Shown: positions 39,547 through 48,294 of the stretch, one piece after another | How the letters are laid out: the number at the start of each line of letters is the position of its first letter | Position numbering within the stretch: the stretch's first letter is position 1 | Assembly (NCBI GenBank): GCA_018221105.1 | Contig: JAAOYA010000010.1 | Location: 145,678-209,677 of the forward strand | DNA from: Candidatus Woesearchaeota archaeon | GTDB lineage: Archaea; Nanobdellota; Nanobdellia; Woesearchaeales; JAAOYA01 | Direction of reading: 5' to 3' | DNA: 64,000 nt | Made by a program: the position numbers and the translations under genes | Notes under the pieces: generated by a model | What the model was told of the DNA's origin: nothing | What the model saw: the letters and a program-made list of their open reading frames with translations, nothing else | Database searches by the model: none

Positions 39547-39994
39547 TTTCTAAAAGTTCTTCGATGTGTTTTACGTACTCGCGCGCTTTATTATAATAAT
39601 CAGTGACTGTCTCTATTTTTATTCCTATAACATCTTCTAATATCACTGTCATTGTAACGTGGCGTCGGTACTCGTTTTTGCGCGTGAATTCTGCTCTGTT
39701 GACACGGCGCAAGAATAAGTAAAAAGTGATCATTTCTTGTATTAATTCATCATCAGCGTATGCTTTTTTTAATGTGTCTGCTTTTAGTGCTGGTGTGGTT
39801 GGCAAATCAATTATCTTATTTTCATCTTTGGCTTTTTGTGCTAGCGCGTCAAATAAGAAGTCTATTGCATCAATTAATCGTATTACAACACTTTTTAGAA
39901 CATCACATGTGCGAGCGTATTTTAGTGATACGTACACGAGGTGGTCGACTCTTTTGAGTTCTTCTTTTGCACTCTCAATGTATTCTTCTATCAT
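39539..39994 (-). CDS. hypothetical protein
   Basis: 151 aa; overlaps minD start by 8 nt and the upstream gene by 4 nt. Confidence 0.45.
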   Translation of the reverse strand: MIEEYIESAKEELKRVDHLVYVSLKYARTCDVLKSVVIRLIDAIDFLFDALAQKAKDENKIIDLPTTPALKADTLKKAYADDELIQEMITFYLFLRRVNRAEFTRKNEYRRHVTMTVILEDVIGIKIETVTDYYNKAREYVKHIEELLEND

Positions 39995-40461
39995 TTGTTT
40001 TCAAGTAAGGTAATTAACTGTTTAATAAAAAGTTTTGCCTTAAGCAAATACTTTTTCAAGTCATTTGCAGTGAAAGTTTTCATTCTATAATCACTACTGC
40101 ATATTACAAAAGCGTCTTTTCGCTGAAATTCTACAGGGCTTTTCTTGTGCATTTGTATTATCTCATGTAATTCACGCATCAATTTTACCATTTCAACGTC
40201 TAAATTTTTTCTTGTTACTATTTTTTCTCTAAAAAGTCGTATTTTGCTTTCAAAATTGTCAGGGTATGCTGGGATGCGCTTGTACAATCGCTCGTATGTT
40301 AGCACACTATCCATAGCGCTTTGCATACCTAAAAATATGTTTTTTAAAACAGGCAACAATAACTTGTTATCACGTACTAGCGGGTAAGTTTGTGTTAGCA
40401 TGTGATCTGCAAGATATAGGTATCTTTGAGCTTGATTTTTTTGTGTTATTACCTCTTCCAT
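39991..40461 (-). CDS. hypothetical protein
   Basis: 156 aa helical protein. Confidence 0.45.
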   Translation of the reverse strand: MEEVITQKNQAQRYLYLADHMLTQTYPLVRDNKLLLPVLKNIFLGMQSAMDSVLTYERLYKRIPAYPDNFESKIRLFREKIVTRKNLDVEMVKLMRELHEIIQMHKKSPVEFQRKDAFVICSSDYRMKTFTANDLKKYLLKAKLFIKQLITLLENK

Positions 40462-40507
40462 CGATAAAAAATATACTTGATGTTATATAAAAGAATAGCG
40501 GAAAAAT

Positions 40508-41311
40508 TTAGTTTTCACCAGTAGGATATTCTTCAATATAAGCTTTAATAAGCTCTTCAAAAAAAGTTACAGCTCTAGTCAAGTAATCCAACATCATTTC
40601 AGGTTGGCAGTACAAGGCGCTCATCTTATCAAGATTTTCTATTTTTCTTAAAGCTCTCCACTCTTGAACTACAGAATTATCTATTTGCGAAAATAGTCTA
40701 TTTTCTAATGGCTCTGATTTTCCGTAAGGATATGATCCTTCAATCATACAACCAGCACTGTTTGGTGCTGCAATAGTTTTTTGCATAGCTTCACGAAACT
40801 TTTTAACAAACTTTTTGTAATCTGTATTTTGATAATATTCTGAAAACAGAAGACTTTGACGTACATTTCTTAAATTCCACCTAAATACGGATTGTCCTGT
40901 CAACCCAGCGATTTCATATCGAAATTGACTTCTATAATCAGGTCCAAAACATGCTTGAGAGTTTTCAAAATGTTGTTCGAAGTGCGGGTCAAAGCAATTA
41001 AAGCGTCCGTCACGCATTGTAGCAAGGTCTGCAACACTAACTTGAAAGTCATGAGAATACACTTCTAATGCTTTTGCAACAATTTTTGATAATTCTTTAA
41101 ACTTTTCTTTTTCAATAATTATATCATCACCAAAAATAAACAAACCATCAATATCACTTTCTCCAAAAACACAGTCATCACGCAGTATTGAACCATGCAC
41201 AATAAAACTTAATTCTTCAATATCAGATCTTTTTAGTTCACTCACTAAATAATCAATAAATCCTAAATAATCTGCTTTAGACGGTCTTTTCTTATCGTAT
41301 CCTAATACCAT
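40508..41311 (-). CDS. Pol-beta-superfamily nucleotidyltransferase domain protein
   Basis: hGS...x12...DiD motif: IVHGSILRDDCVFGESDIDGLFIFGDD. The ~170-aa C-terminal region is unassigned. Confidence 0.55.
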   Translation of the reverse strand: MVLGYDKKRPSKADYLGFIDYLVSELKRSDIEELSFIVHGSILRDDCVFGESDIDGLFIFGDDIIIEKEKFKELSKIVAKALEVYSHDFQVSVADLATMRDGRFNCFDPHFEQHFENSQACFGPDYRSQFRYEIAGLTGQSVFRWNLRNVRQSLLFSEYYQNTDYKKFVKKFREAMQKTIAAPNSAGCMIEGSYPYGKSEPLENRLFSQIDNSVVQEWRALRKIENLDKMSALYCQPEMMLDYLTRAVTFFEELIKAYIEEYPTGEN

Positions 41312-41341
41312 AGGCGGGTGCCTGAGAACTTATATAAAAAT

Positions 41342-41680
41342 TTATTCTTGTAATTGCATTATTGCAGCTGCTATGTCACCGTCAGCTTCAACTAAAGCTT
41401 TCTCGGCTTTTTCTTGGTCAACGTTTGCTTGCGTCGCAACTGTTTTTATGTCTTCTTCACTGATTGTTGGTTGAGAACTTGTTGGTTGTTCTATTGCTTT
41501 GCCTGTTATCTGCCATGTTTCTTGGCCCATCATGTTAACTTTTGCAACAGAAGGGTTTTCAATGATTATGTCTTTGTCAGCTGTTTTGATTATTACTGCT
41601 TGTGCTTCTACTTCTATTTGTTTTATTCCCATGCGCTGCATTGCTTGGCGCATTTGTCGTTGATTCATCCCGGGCATCAT
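41342..41680 (-). CDS. nac: nascent polypeptide-associated complex protein (archaeal NAC alpha)
   Basis: MQRMGIKQIEVEAQAVIIKTADKDIIIENPSV NAC domain plus C-terminal UBA-like ...ALVEADGDIAAAIMQL. Confidence 0.75.
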   Translation of the reverse strand: MMPGMNQRQMRQAMQRMGIKQIEVEAQAVIIKTADKDIIIENPSVAKVNMMGQETWQITGKAIEQPTSSQPTISEEDIKTVATQANVDQEKAEKALVEADGDIAAAIMQLQE

Positions 41681-41682
41681 TT

Positions 41683-41862
41683 TTATTGTATTCCTAAAAA
41701 CCTAAAGCCTTGAGCGTGCAATACTAATTCTAATAGTATCACTACCACGACTAGTATTATGACATGTTGTGGTTGTATCTCGAATTTTGACTTGTAGTCT
41801 TCAAAGTATCGTACTAAGCCTCCCATTCCACTGGGCATTCGTATTTTGTTGTCTCTAGCCAT
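41683..41862 (-). CDS. secG: preprotein translocase subunit Sec61beta (SecG)
   Basis: Manual translation MARDNKIRMPSGMGGLVRYFEDYKSKFEIQPQHVIILVVVVILLELVLHAQGFRFLGIQ; archaeal Sec61beta GLVRYF...I.P motif plus C-terminal TM. Confidence 0.65.
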   Translation of the reverse strand: MARDNKIRMPSGMGGLVRYFEDYKSKFEIQPQHVIILVVVVILLELVLHAQGFRFLGIQ

Positions 41863-41880
41863 TTTTTGTGTTTGTAGTGT

Positions 41881-42200
41881 ACAGGGGTTATAAGCCGCCT
41901 TTTGTCAAACCCGAAAACAAAACTTTTTTCCTGTTTTGTTCGATGGTTTGCGCTGGTATTTGACTTAGCGTCTAATGACTTGCACCGGTCGAGGTACGCA
42001 CTCGTTTCATCCTTTCCTTCTGAAGCGTCAAAGGGTTAACTGACACCAGTCACCTGGTGCTTCGCGCTTATCATTCTCATATCAGAGGTGGTTTCGTTGC
42101 TGCGTGGTTTTCCCAGGATTTCTCCTGCTGCCATAAAGCAGTGACCTTTTTTGGTGGGCGGACTTTCCTCAGTACATTGTACCGTTAACCAGCCACCCCC
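41881..42200 (-). ncRNA. rnpB: RNase P RNA
   Basis: GC-rich island. Minus-strand sequence contains GAGGAAAGUCCGCCC (CR-I, P4 5' strand) and ACAAAAGGCGGCUUAUAAC (CR-V, P4 3' strand). Confidence 0.7.
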
Positions 42201-42224
42201 ACTACTATAACAAGGATTCTTAGA

Positions 42225-42236
42225 GTATTTTTAAAG
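42225..42236 (-). promoter_or_regulatory. TATA box (CTTTAAAAATAC) ~26-35 nt upstream of RNase P RNA
   Basis: Archaeal promoter geometry relative to the predicted 5' end. Confidence 0.4.
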
Positions 42237-43316
42237 CTTTTGCAAAATTAGTATTGTCTCGGATTGTTTTGATGGTTGTACTGTTAGACTTTCTACTGCT
42301 TTGAAATCATGCTTTGTTGCGGCCTCGATAAGCAGGCTTTCTGAGCGTGCTAGTAATGCTATTTTGCCGGTTTTTTTTAGTACGTATTTTGCTTGGTAGA
42401 ACAGTTCATCGTAGAGTTTTTTTATGTCTGTTTCGCGGTGATTGCGACTGACAAATGGTGGATTGCTTGCAATACAGTCAACACTTTCCTGTTCTATTTT
42501 TGTGTCTAACCATTCAACATTAACTCTTGAGAATGTTATGAGTTTGTTAACGTCTGCTATTTTAGCGTTTTTCTGGCTTGCTTTGATGTTGTGCAGTGAA
42601 TTATCATAGCCTATTATTCTAGCTTTAGAATCAACTGTTTTTTTCTCGTATGCGTCAAAGTCAGCATCAATTTTTAGTTTTATTTTTCGAAATTTGTTAA
42701 TGCTTTTTTTGCTTGCAAAAATTGCTGCTTCTATGCAGGTGCTGCCATCAGCGCAAAAAGGGTCAAGTAGTTTTTTAGAACTGTCAAAACCGCTTAGTCG
42801 AACTAGGTTATAAGCTAGTGTTCCTTTAATACTGGCTGGTATTGAAAAGATTTTATAGTCTCTTTTTGATAGGTCGATTGACGCTATGTCAACTCCTATT
42901 ATGCAATAGTTTTCACAAACATTCACTTGCGCTGTCTGTTTTGGGTTTTGCAAGTCAACTGGCTTGCCCTGCTCGTGTATTATAGCGCCTATTTCTTTTT
43001 CTAAGTCTATACTTTCAAAATCGTGCTCTCCAACAACTCTTGTTGTGCGAACTACAAAAGTATCTGTTATGGCGTCATAGTTTAGCTTTTGTGCTTTTTC
43101 TAATAGGTCTTTTTTTATTTCAAAACTAAAATGGCCAAGTAATTGCACTATTCTTGTTGCGCTTTGAGAAAAGTATGCTAACTCGTATAATTCTTCTTTA
43201 GAGCATTCGAAAACTACTGCGCTTTCTATTATCTTGCTTTTCTTTCCTATTAGCTCATAGACTTCTTTTTGTGCTGTTCGCTCTAAGCCTTTTATTGTTA
43301 TTAGTGCTGCTTTCAT
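42231..43316 (-). CDS. THUMP-domain RNA methyltransferase (Trm14/TrmN-, RlmL-like m2G)
   Basis: N-terminal THUMP-like region; motif I LLDPFCADGSTCIEAA; NPPF catalytic motif (ASNPPF). Confidence 0.7.
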   Translation of the reverse strand: MKAALITIKGLERTAQKEVYELIGKKSKIIESAVVFECSKEELYELAYFSQSATRIVQLLGHFSFEIKKDLLEKAQKLNYDAITDTFVVRTTRVVGEHDFESIDLEKEIGAIIHEQGKPVDLQNPKQTAQVNVCENYCIIGVDIASIDLSKRDYKIFSIPASIKGTLAYNLVRLSGFDSSKKLLDPFCADGSTCIEAAIFASKKSINKFRKIKLKIDADFDAYEKKTVDSKARIIGYDNSLHNIKASQKNAKIADVNKLITFSRVNVEWLDTKIEQESVDCIASNPPFVSRNHRETDIKKLYDELFYQAKYVLKKTGKIALLARSESLLIEAATKHDFKAVESLTVQPSKQSETILILQKL

Positions 43317-43346
43317 AATTATTAGAAGTTTGTTATTGTTTTTAAG

Positions 43347-45809
43347 TTATTCGTCGCCGTTGTCATCTGTGATGATTTTTGCAGCTGCCACTACTTTGTC
43401 ATCGCTTGATTTCATGCGCATTAATCTTACTCCTTGAGTGTTGCGCCCTATCATGCTAATGCCTTGGGCTGCTGTTCTTATTATAATGCCGTTTTTGCTG
43501 ATTAGCATTACTTCATCGTGTGCTGTTACTGCTTTGACGCTTACAACTTTGCCGTTTCGACTGGTTGTTTGAATGTTTATTACTCCACTGCCACCACGAT
43601 TTATTAGTCTGTACTCTGAGATTTTTGTTCTTTTTCCAAAACCGTTTTCTGTAATTGTCAGCAAGGCGTCTTCATCGTTTGCTAATACCATTCCAACTAG
43701 TTCATCGCCTTTTTTTAGGCTAATGCCACGAACGCCTCTACTAGTTCTTCCTATTGATCTAGCGTCGCGCTCGTGAAACTTAACTGCTTTACCATTGCTT
43801 GAAGCTAGAATTATTTGTTGCTCGCCATCTGTTAGCACAGTGTTAATTAATTGATCATTATCGTCTAAGTTTATTGCAATAATACCGCCTTTTCTTGGTC
43901 TTGAATAAGCGCTCAAACTGGTTTTTTTAATAACACCGTTTTTTGTGGCCATGAGCAAGTAATGATTGTCATCAAATTCTTTTATTGGAATGCAACTGTA
44001 GACTTGTTCTCCTTCTTCTAAGTTTAATAGGTTTATTACTGCTTTGCCTCGTGCTTGACGGCTTGCTTCTGGTATCTTATAAACTTTTAGCCAGTGCACC
44101 TTGCCTTTGTTTGTAAAAAACAGTAAGTAATCGTGAGTGCTGCTAACAAATATTTGTTCTACCCAATCTTCTTCTTTTGTTCCAGTGGCAATGATTCCTT
44201 TGCCGCCTCGACGTTGTGATTTGTAAGTGTCAATTGGCAATCGTTTAGCGTAACCAGCGTGTGTTAGTGTTACTACAACATCTTCTTGTTCTATTAAGTC
44301 TTCAATGTCTAAGTCTTCGTCTTCAACGTCTAAAATGTTTGTTTTTCTGGCGTCTGAAAACTTGTTTTTTAGTTCTTCTAACTCGCTTTTTATGATATCT
44401 AAGATTTTTTGGTGGCTTGCAAGAATGCTTTTTAATTCTTCTATTAATTTTAGTAGTTCTTTGTGTTCTTCACGTATTTTTTCTTGCTCTAAGCCTGTAA
44501 GTCTTTGCAAGCGCATCTCAAGTATTGCTTTGGCTTGAGTCTCTGATAGTTTATAGTTTTGCATCAGGCCAGTTTTCGCGATTTCTGCACTGTTAGATTT
44601 TTTAATTAATTCTACAACACGATCAATATCGTTTAATGCAATAATCAGTCCTTCTAATAGGTGAGCTTTTTCTTGTGCTTTTGTCAAATCATACTGTGTG
44701 CGCCTTGTTATGACTTCTACACGGTGATCGATAAAGTGTTGTAATAATTCTTTTAGGTTCATGAGTTTTGGCTGATTGTTAATCAAAGCTAGCATGTTCA
44801 CGCCAAAAGTTACTTGTAATCTTGAATACTTGTACAATTGGTTTAGTACAACATCACTAGAAGCATCTTTTTTTAATTCTACAATCATTCGCATTCCATC
44901 ACGGTCACTTTCATCACGCAAATCGCTGATGCCCTCAATTTTTTTGTTTTTTACCATATCAGCAATGTGCTCTATTAGTGCTGCTTTGTTTACCATGTAG
45001 GGAAGTTCTGTAACAATAATGCGCTCTCTGCCTTTGCGCTCTTCAATGATTGTCTTGGCTTTTAGTTTTATGTGACCTTTGCCTGTTTGATAAGCAGAGT
45101 TTATACCGTTTTTTCCCATTATTGTAGCGCCTGTTGGAAAGTCAGGTCCTGGCAGATAATTCATTAATTCTGCAATGCTAGTTTCTGGATTGTCGATAAG
45201 AATCATTAATGCTCCTGTAACCTCTGACAAATTGTGTGGTGGAATGTTTGTTGCCATTCCGACTGCAATACCGCTTGAGCCATTGACTAGTAAGTTTGGC
45301 ATTTTTGCTGGTAGAACTGTTGGCTCTTTTAGACTGTCATCAAAGTTTGGCTGGTAATTGACTGTTTCTTTTTCAATATCTTCGAGCAGTGTTTCTGCAG
45401 CTTTTGAGAGTCGTGCTTCTGTGTAACGCATTGCTGCAGCATTGTCACCGTCAACACTTCCAAAATTTCCTTGGCCATTGATTAGTGGGTAGCGCAAACT
45501 AAAGTCTTGCACCATTCTAACTAAGCTGTCATATACTGCGCTGTCACCGTGAGGGTGATATTTACCTAGAACTTCACCAACAATACGAGCACATTTTTTG
45601 AATGGCTTGTTTGACGCCATTCCTAACTCGTTCATGGCATAAAGTATTCGCCTGTGCACTGGTTTTAGTCCGTCTCGAGCGTCTGGCAGGGCACGGCCTA
45701 CTATCACGCTCATAGCATAATCGAGGTAAGAAGTCTTCATTTCCTCATTGATTTCTCGAGGCACAATTTTTTCTGTTGGCGCCTTTGGCGCTAGTGTTTC
45801 ATCAACCAT
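43347..45809 (-). CDS. gyrA: DNA gyrase subunit A
   Basis: [26 protein letters not shown] with active-site Tyr region, and GyrA-box QRRGGKG in the C-terminal beta-pinwheel; 820 aa. Confidence 0.92.
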   Translation of the reverse strand: MVDETLAPKAPTEKIVPREINEEMKTSYLDYAMSVIVGRALPDARDGLKPVHRRILYAMNELGMASNKPFKKCARIVGEVLGKYHPHGDSAVYDSLVRMVQDFSLRYPLINGQGNFGSVDGDNAAAMRYTEARLSKAAETLLEDIEKETVNYQPNFDDSLKEPTVLPAKMPNLLVNGSSGIAVGMATNIPPHNLSEVTGALMILIDNPETSIAELMNYLPGPDFPTGATIMGKNGINSAYQTGKGHIKLKAKTIIEERKGRERIIVTELPYMVNKAALIEHIADMVKNKKIEGISDLRDESDRDGMRMIVELKKDASSDVVLNQLYKYSRLQVTFGVNMLALINNQPKLMNLKELLQHFIDHRVEVITRRTQYDLTKAQEKAHLLEGLIIALNDIDRVVELIKKSNSAEIAKTGLMQNYKLSETQAKAILEMRLQRLTGLEQEKIREEHKELLKLIEELKSILASHQKILDIIKSELEELKNKFSDARKTNILDVEDEDLDIEDLIEQEDVVVTLTHAGYAKRLPIDTYKSQRRGGKGIIATGTKEEDWVEQIFVSSTHDYLLFFTNKGKVHWLKVYKIPEASRQARGKAVINLLNLEEGEQVYSCIPIKEFDDNHYLLMATKNGVIKKTSLSAYSRPRKGGIIAINLDDNDQLINTVLTDGEQQIILASSNGKAVKFHERDARSIGRTSRGVRGISLKKGDELVGMVLANDEDALLTITENGFGKRTKISEYRLINRGGSGVINIQTTSRNGKVVSVKAVTAHDEVMLISKNGIIIRTAAQGISMIGRNTQGVRLMRMKSSDDKVVAAAKIITDDNGDE

Positions 45810-45936
45810 TTTAAAGTATTTTCTCGTCTATAATCAATTCAATTAAAGGCTATTTATAAAGCTTTCTGCACGTTTTTTATGCACGAGAAATCATAAAAAT
45901 TCTTATGAATTTTTGGGATACTCCAAAATGCTTTTT

Positions 45937-46086
45937 TTAGAGCATTTTCGATACTATGGTATTTTTTGTTTTGAAACTGCTACCGCAATACACGCATTTT
46001 TTGCGATTATTTGATAAGTATAATGTTGTTGGTGTTGTTAGCATTGTGTTGCCACAATTTGGGCATAAGACTTTGAAAGTTCTCAT
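45937..46086 (-). CDS. small zinc-ribbon protein (49 aa)
   Basis: Manual translation MRTFKVLCPNCGNTMLTTPTTLYLSNNRKKCVYCGSSFKTKNTIVSKML (CxxC...CxxC). Confidence 0.35.
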   Translation of the reverse strand: MRTFKVLCPNCGNTMLTTPTTLYLSNNRKKCVYCGSSFKTKNTIVSKML

Positions 46087-46139
46087 CAAAAAAAGATTTT
46101 TTTAGAAGTTTAAAAGCCTCGCGCGCACATGTCCAGTGA

Positions 46140-47018
46140 CTAGTGCTTTTTGTGATGGTGGTGTTCTATTTTGCGCTCTAGTTTTATTGGGCGTAAGCGT
46201 TCTACTTTTTCAAAACGCCCTTCATCTATGTGATCAGCTCCCACGATAGGCTCCAACTCACTTTCGTCCTCTGACGGTTTTTCGTGCTCTTCTTTGCTTG
46301 CTGGCTCTACGCTTGGAAGGTTTGCTTGGTGAAAGTCCACCATTGAAACAACAAACAAATAACTAATCAGCGTGCTTAGTACTGCAATGTTTTCAACTTC
46401 AATGCCTTGGTACACTCCAAAAGCTGTGTATTTTGCAATCAAGATAAAAATTGCTATCAAAAACGCTGGTATGAGAAAATGCAACGGTATTTTGACTCTT
46501 GCAAAACTAGCAGTGAACAAAGTTATCACAGGAGCAAAAAATATTATTAAAAGTCTTGTGAATGGCTCGTTGACCATATAAGATAACCAGAAAATAAATA
46601 TCATAAACCCAACGCCAAGACCTATCAGTTTAAAGTCAGCACCTTGAAATACTGGTTGTTTCCCATGTACTACAAAATCTATTGCTCCATCAATTGTTTC
46701 TTGCGCGTGGCCATAGTTTAACATTGCCATCTTAATATCATCGATGGTATAACCGCGCATTTGCTGTTCTTGAACATAATCAATCAAACTTTCTGTTATT
46801 TCATCAAATAATCGACGGCTTAGTATCTTGCTTTTTTTCTTTGGCAGTCGTGGTTTGAAATCTTGATGATTTAATTGTTTTATCGCATCATCAATAAGGT
46901 TTTTGTGATGTTTTTTTTCTAGTGCGCGCTGTATTGCTTCAATAGAATAGCCGTTGGTGAGTTCTGTTTTTATGTAATCGCGCAAATCAACCTCTAAAGT
47001 TTTTTCTAGCTTTTCCAT
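46140..47018 (-). CDS. membrane protein with duplicated N-terminal helical module and C-terminal His-rich tail
   Basis: Two related ~50-aa N-terminal repeats (YSIEAIQRALEK / YTIDDIKMAMLNYG), four TM helices, ends ...IEHHHHKKH. Confidence 0.5.
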   Translation of the reverse strand: MEKLEKTLEVDLRDYIKTELTNGYSIEAIQRALEKKHHKNLIDDAIKQLNHQDFKPRLPKKKSKILSRRLFDEITESLIDYVQEQQMRGYTIDDIKMAMLNYGHAQETIDGAIDFVVHGKQPVFQGADFKLIGLGVGFMIFIFWLSYMVNEPFTRLLIIFFAPVITLFTASFARVKIPLHFLIPAFLIAIFILIAKYTAFGVYQGIEVENIAVLSTLISYLFVVSMVDFHQANLPSVEPASKEEHEKPSEDESELEPIVGADHIDEGRFEKVERLRPIKLERKIEHHHHKKH

Positions 47019-47062
47019 AAAGTGTAGTCGTCTTAGAAGGTTTATAAATGTTATGCCAATAA

Positions 47063-47683
47063 TTAGTCTTTTTGCTCTAATTGAGGTTGCTCTACTAATT
47101 GAGCAGGCTCTGATTGTTCAAGCTTTGTTGTCTCTTTAACTGTTTCTTGTTCGCTATACTCTTCAACTTTTGTTTGCGGGTCAACAAGCTCTAATTGATC
47201 AAAAATCTTGCTTTCCTGGCCTTTAGGAAGATCAAAATAATCATTAAATTTAGTTGTCAGTTTTAATATGTATGAGCGCCCATGTTTTTCTTTTGATATG
47301 AAACCAGCGTTTAATAACTCTCCTATTTGCTCGTAGGCTTTGCTAGTGCGCATTTTTATTACTTCCGCTTGCAGCACTGGTTGCTTCCAAGCAATAACTG
47401 CCAGTGTTTCCATAACACTTTTTGTTAGTTCAGCGTTTGGAATGAGTTTTTGCACTAGTGGCAGATAACGCTCTGCTGTGACCATTTTAAACTCGTTAGT
47501 GTCTTCTGTTATCATTATAGGGCTTTCACGCTGTGCGTACTCTTCTTGTAATTCTTGCAAGAATTTTTTTATTGATGGAGTGCTTTTTAGTTCTAATAGA
47601 CTGCTTAGCTCTTGAACGCTTACTTTTCTACCGCAAGCAAATAGTATCGCCTCAATTTGTTTTTTATAGTCTTGTTCGCTCAT
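47063..47683 (-). CDS. scpB: segregation and condensation protein B
   Basis: QIEAILFACGRKVS...METLAVIAWKQPVLQAEVIKMR...GELLNAGFISKEKHGRSY, tandem winged-helix ScpB signature. Confidence 0.8.
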   Translation of the reverse strand: MSEQDYKKQIEAILFACGRKVSVQELSSLLELKSTPSIKKFLQELQEEYAQRESPIMITEDTNEFKMVTAERYLPLVQKLIPNAELTKSVMETLAVIAWKQPVLQAEVIKMRTSKAYEQIGELLNAGFISKEKHGRSYILKLTTKFNDYFDLPKGQESKIFDQLELVDPQTKVEEYSEQETVKETTKLEQSEPAQLVEQPQLEQKD

Positions 47684-48270
47684 TTTACTCTCTCGTATTT
47701 CTTGCCTGTTTTCTTTATTAATTTTTGCTCTACTAAAACTTTTAGAAAACCTTTTAATTCTTTGTCGTCTAAATTTAATATGTTCATTATTTCTTTTTCA
47801 GTTCGCGCCTCACCTAAAACGTGTAGCATGCTATTGCGCAGCAGTATGCTCATGTTGCGTTTTAAGAAACTGTTTTGCGCGTTTAATTGTTTTGCTACCA
47901 TGTCAACATGGTGTAGTTTTCCAACAAGTTCTGTAAATAATGTTGTAGCGTTTGCTGCTTGAAATGAAAAAGTTGCGGGCTCTACTATTTCTACGCTCGA
48001 TGGCATGTAATCAAAACAAAATCCTACAAGCGCTTCCATGTTTTTCGCTAGTAATTCTACTTCACTGTAAGTGCTAAAAAGTTCTCCTTGTTCTGTTGGC
48101 TTTGCAGTGCTTTGTTTTATAACGTGCAAGTCTTTATCATCTTTTATTGCTTTTAGTATTTGCGCCATTGTCTCATCAACATGTGCTAATGGCTTGCCAA
48201 CTAATTCTATGACTGCTACTGCTTGAATGTAGCCTTTATCGAGTTTTTCTTCAATTTCTTCTTTTTTCAT
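47680..48270 (-). CDS. hypothetical protein in the scpA position (possible divergent kleisin)
   Basis: Overlaps scpB start by 4 nt. C-terminal winged-helix-like ...ILNLDDKELKGFLKVLVEQKLIKK, but the canonical ScpA N-terminal motif is not seen. Confidence 0.4.
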   Translation of the reverse strand: MKKEEIEEKLDKGYIQAVAVIELVGKPLAHVDETMAQILKAIKDDKDLHVIKQSTAKPTEQGELFSTYSEVELLAKNMEALVGFCFDYMPSSVEIVEPATFSFQAANATTLFTELVGKLHHVDMVAKQLNAQNSFLKRNMSILLRNSMLHVLGEARTEKEIMNILNLDDKELKGFLKVLVEQKLIKKTGKKYERVK

Positions 48271-48294
48271 GATAATTCTCGAATTCTTACGTTT

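Noticed and set aside
40508-41311. Calling the nucleotidyltransferase a CBASS CD-NTase
   Set aside because: Only the generic Pol-beta GS...DID motif is visible, the protein is short, and no effector or Cap-like genes were recognised; left as a generic NTase.
47680-48270. Calling the scpB-upstream gene ScpA outright
   Set aside because: The canonical ScpA N-terminal motif is absent and the protein is short; kept as hypothetical, with a synteny-based note only.
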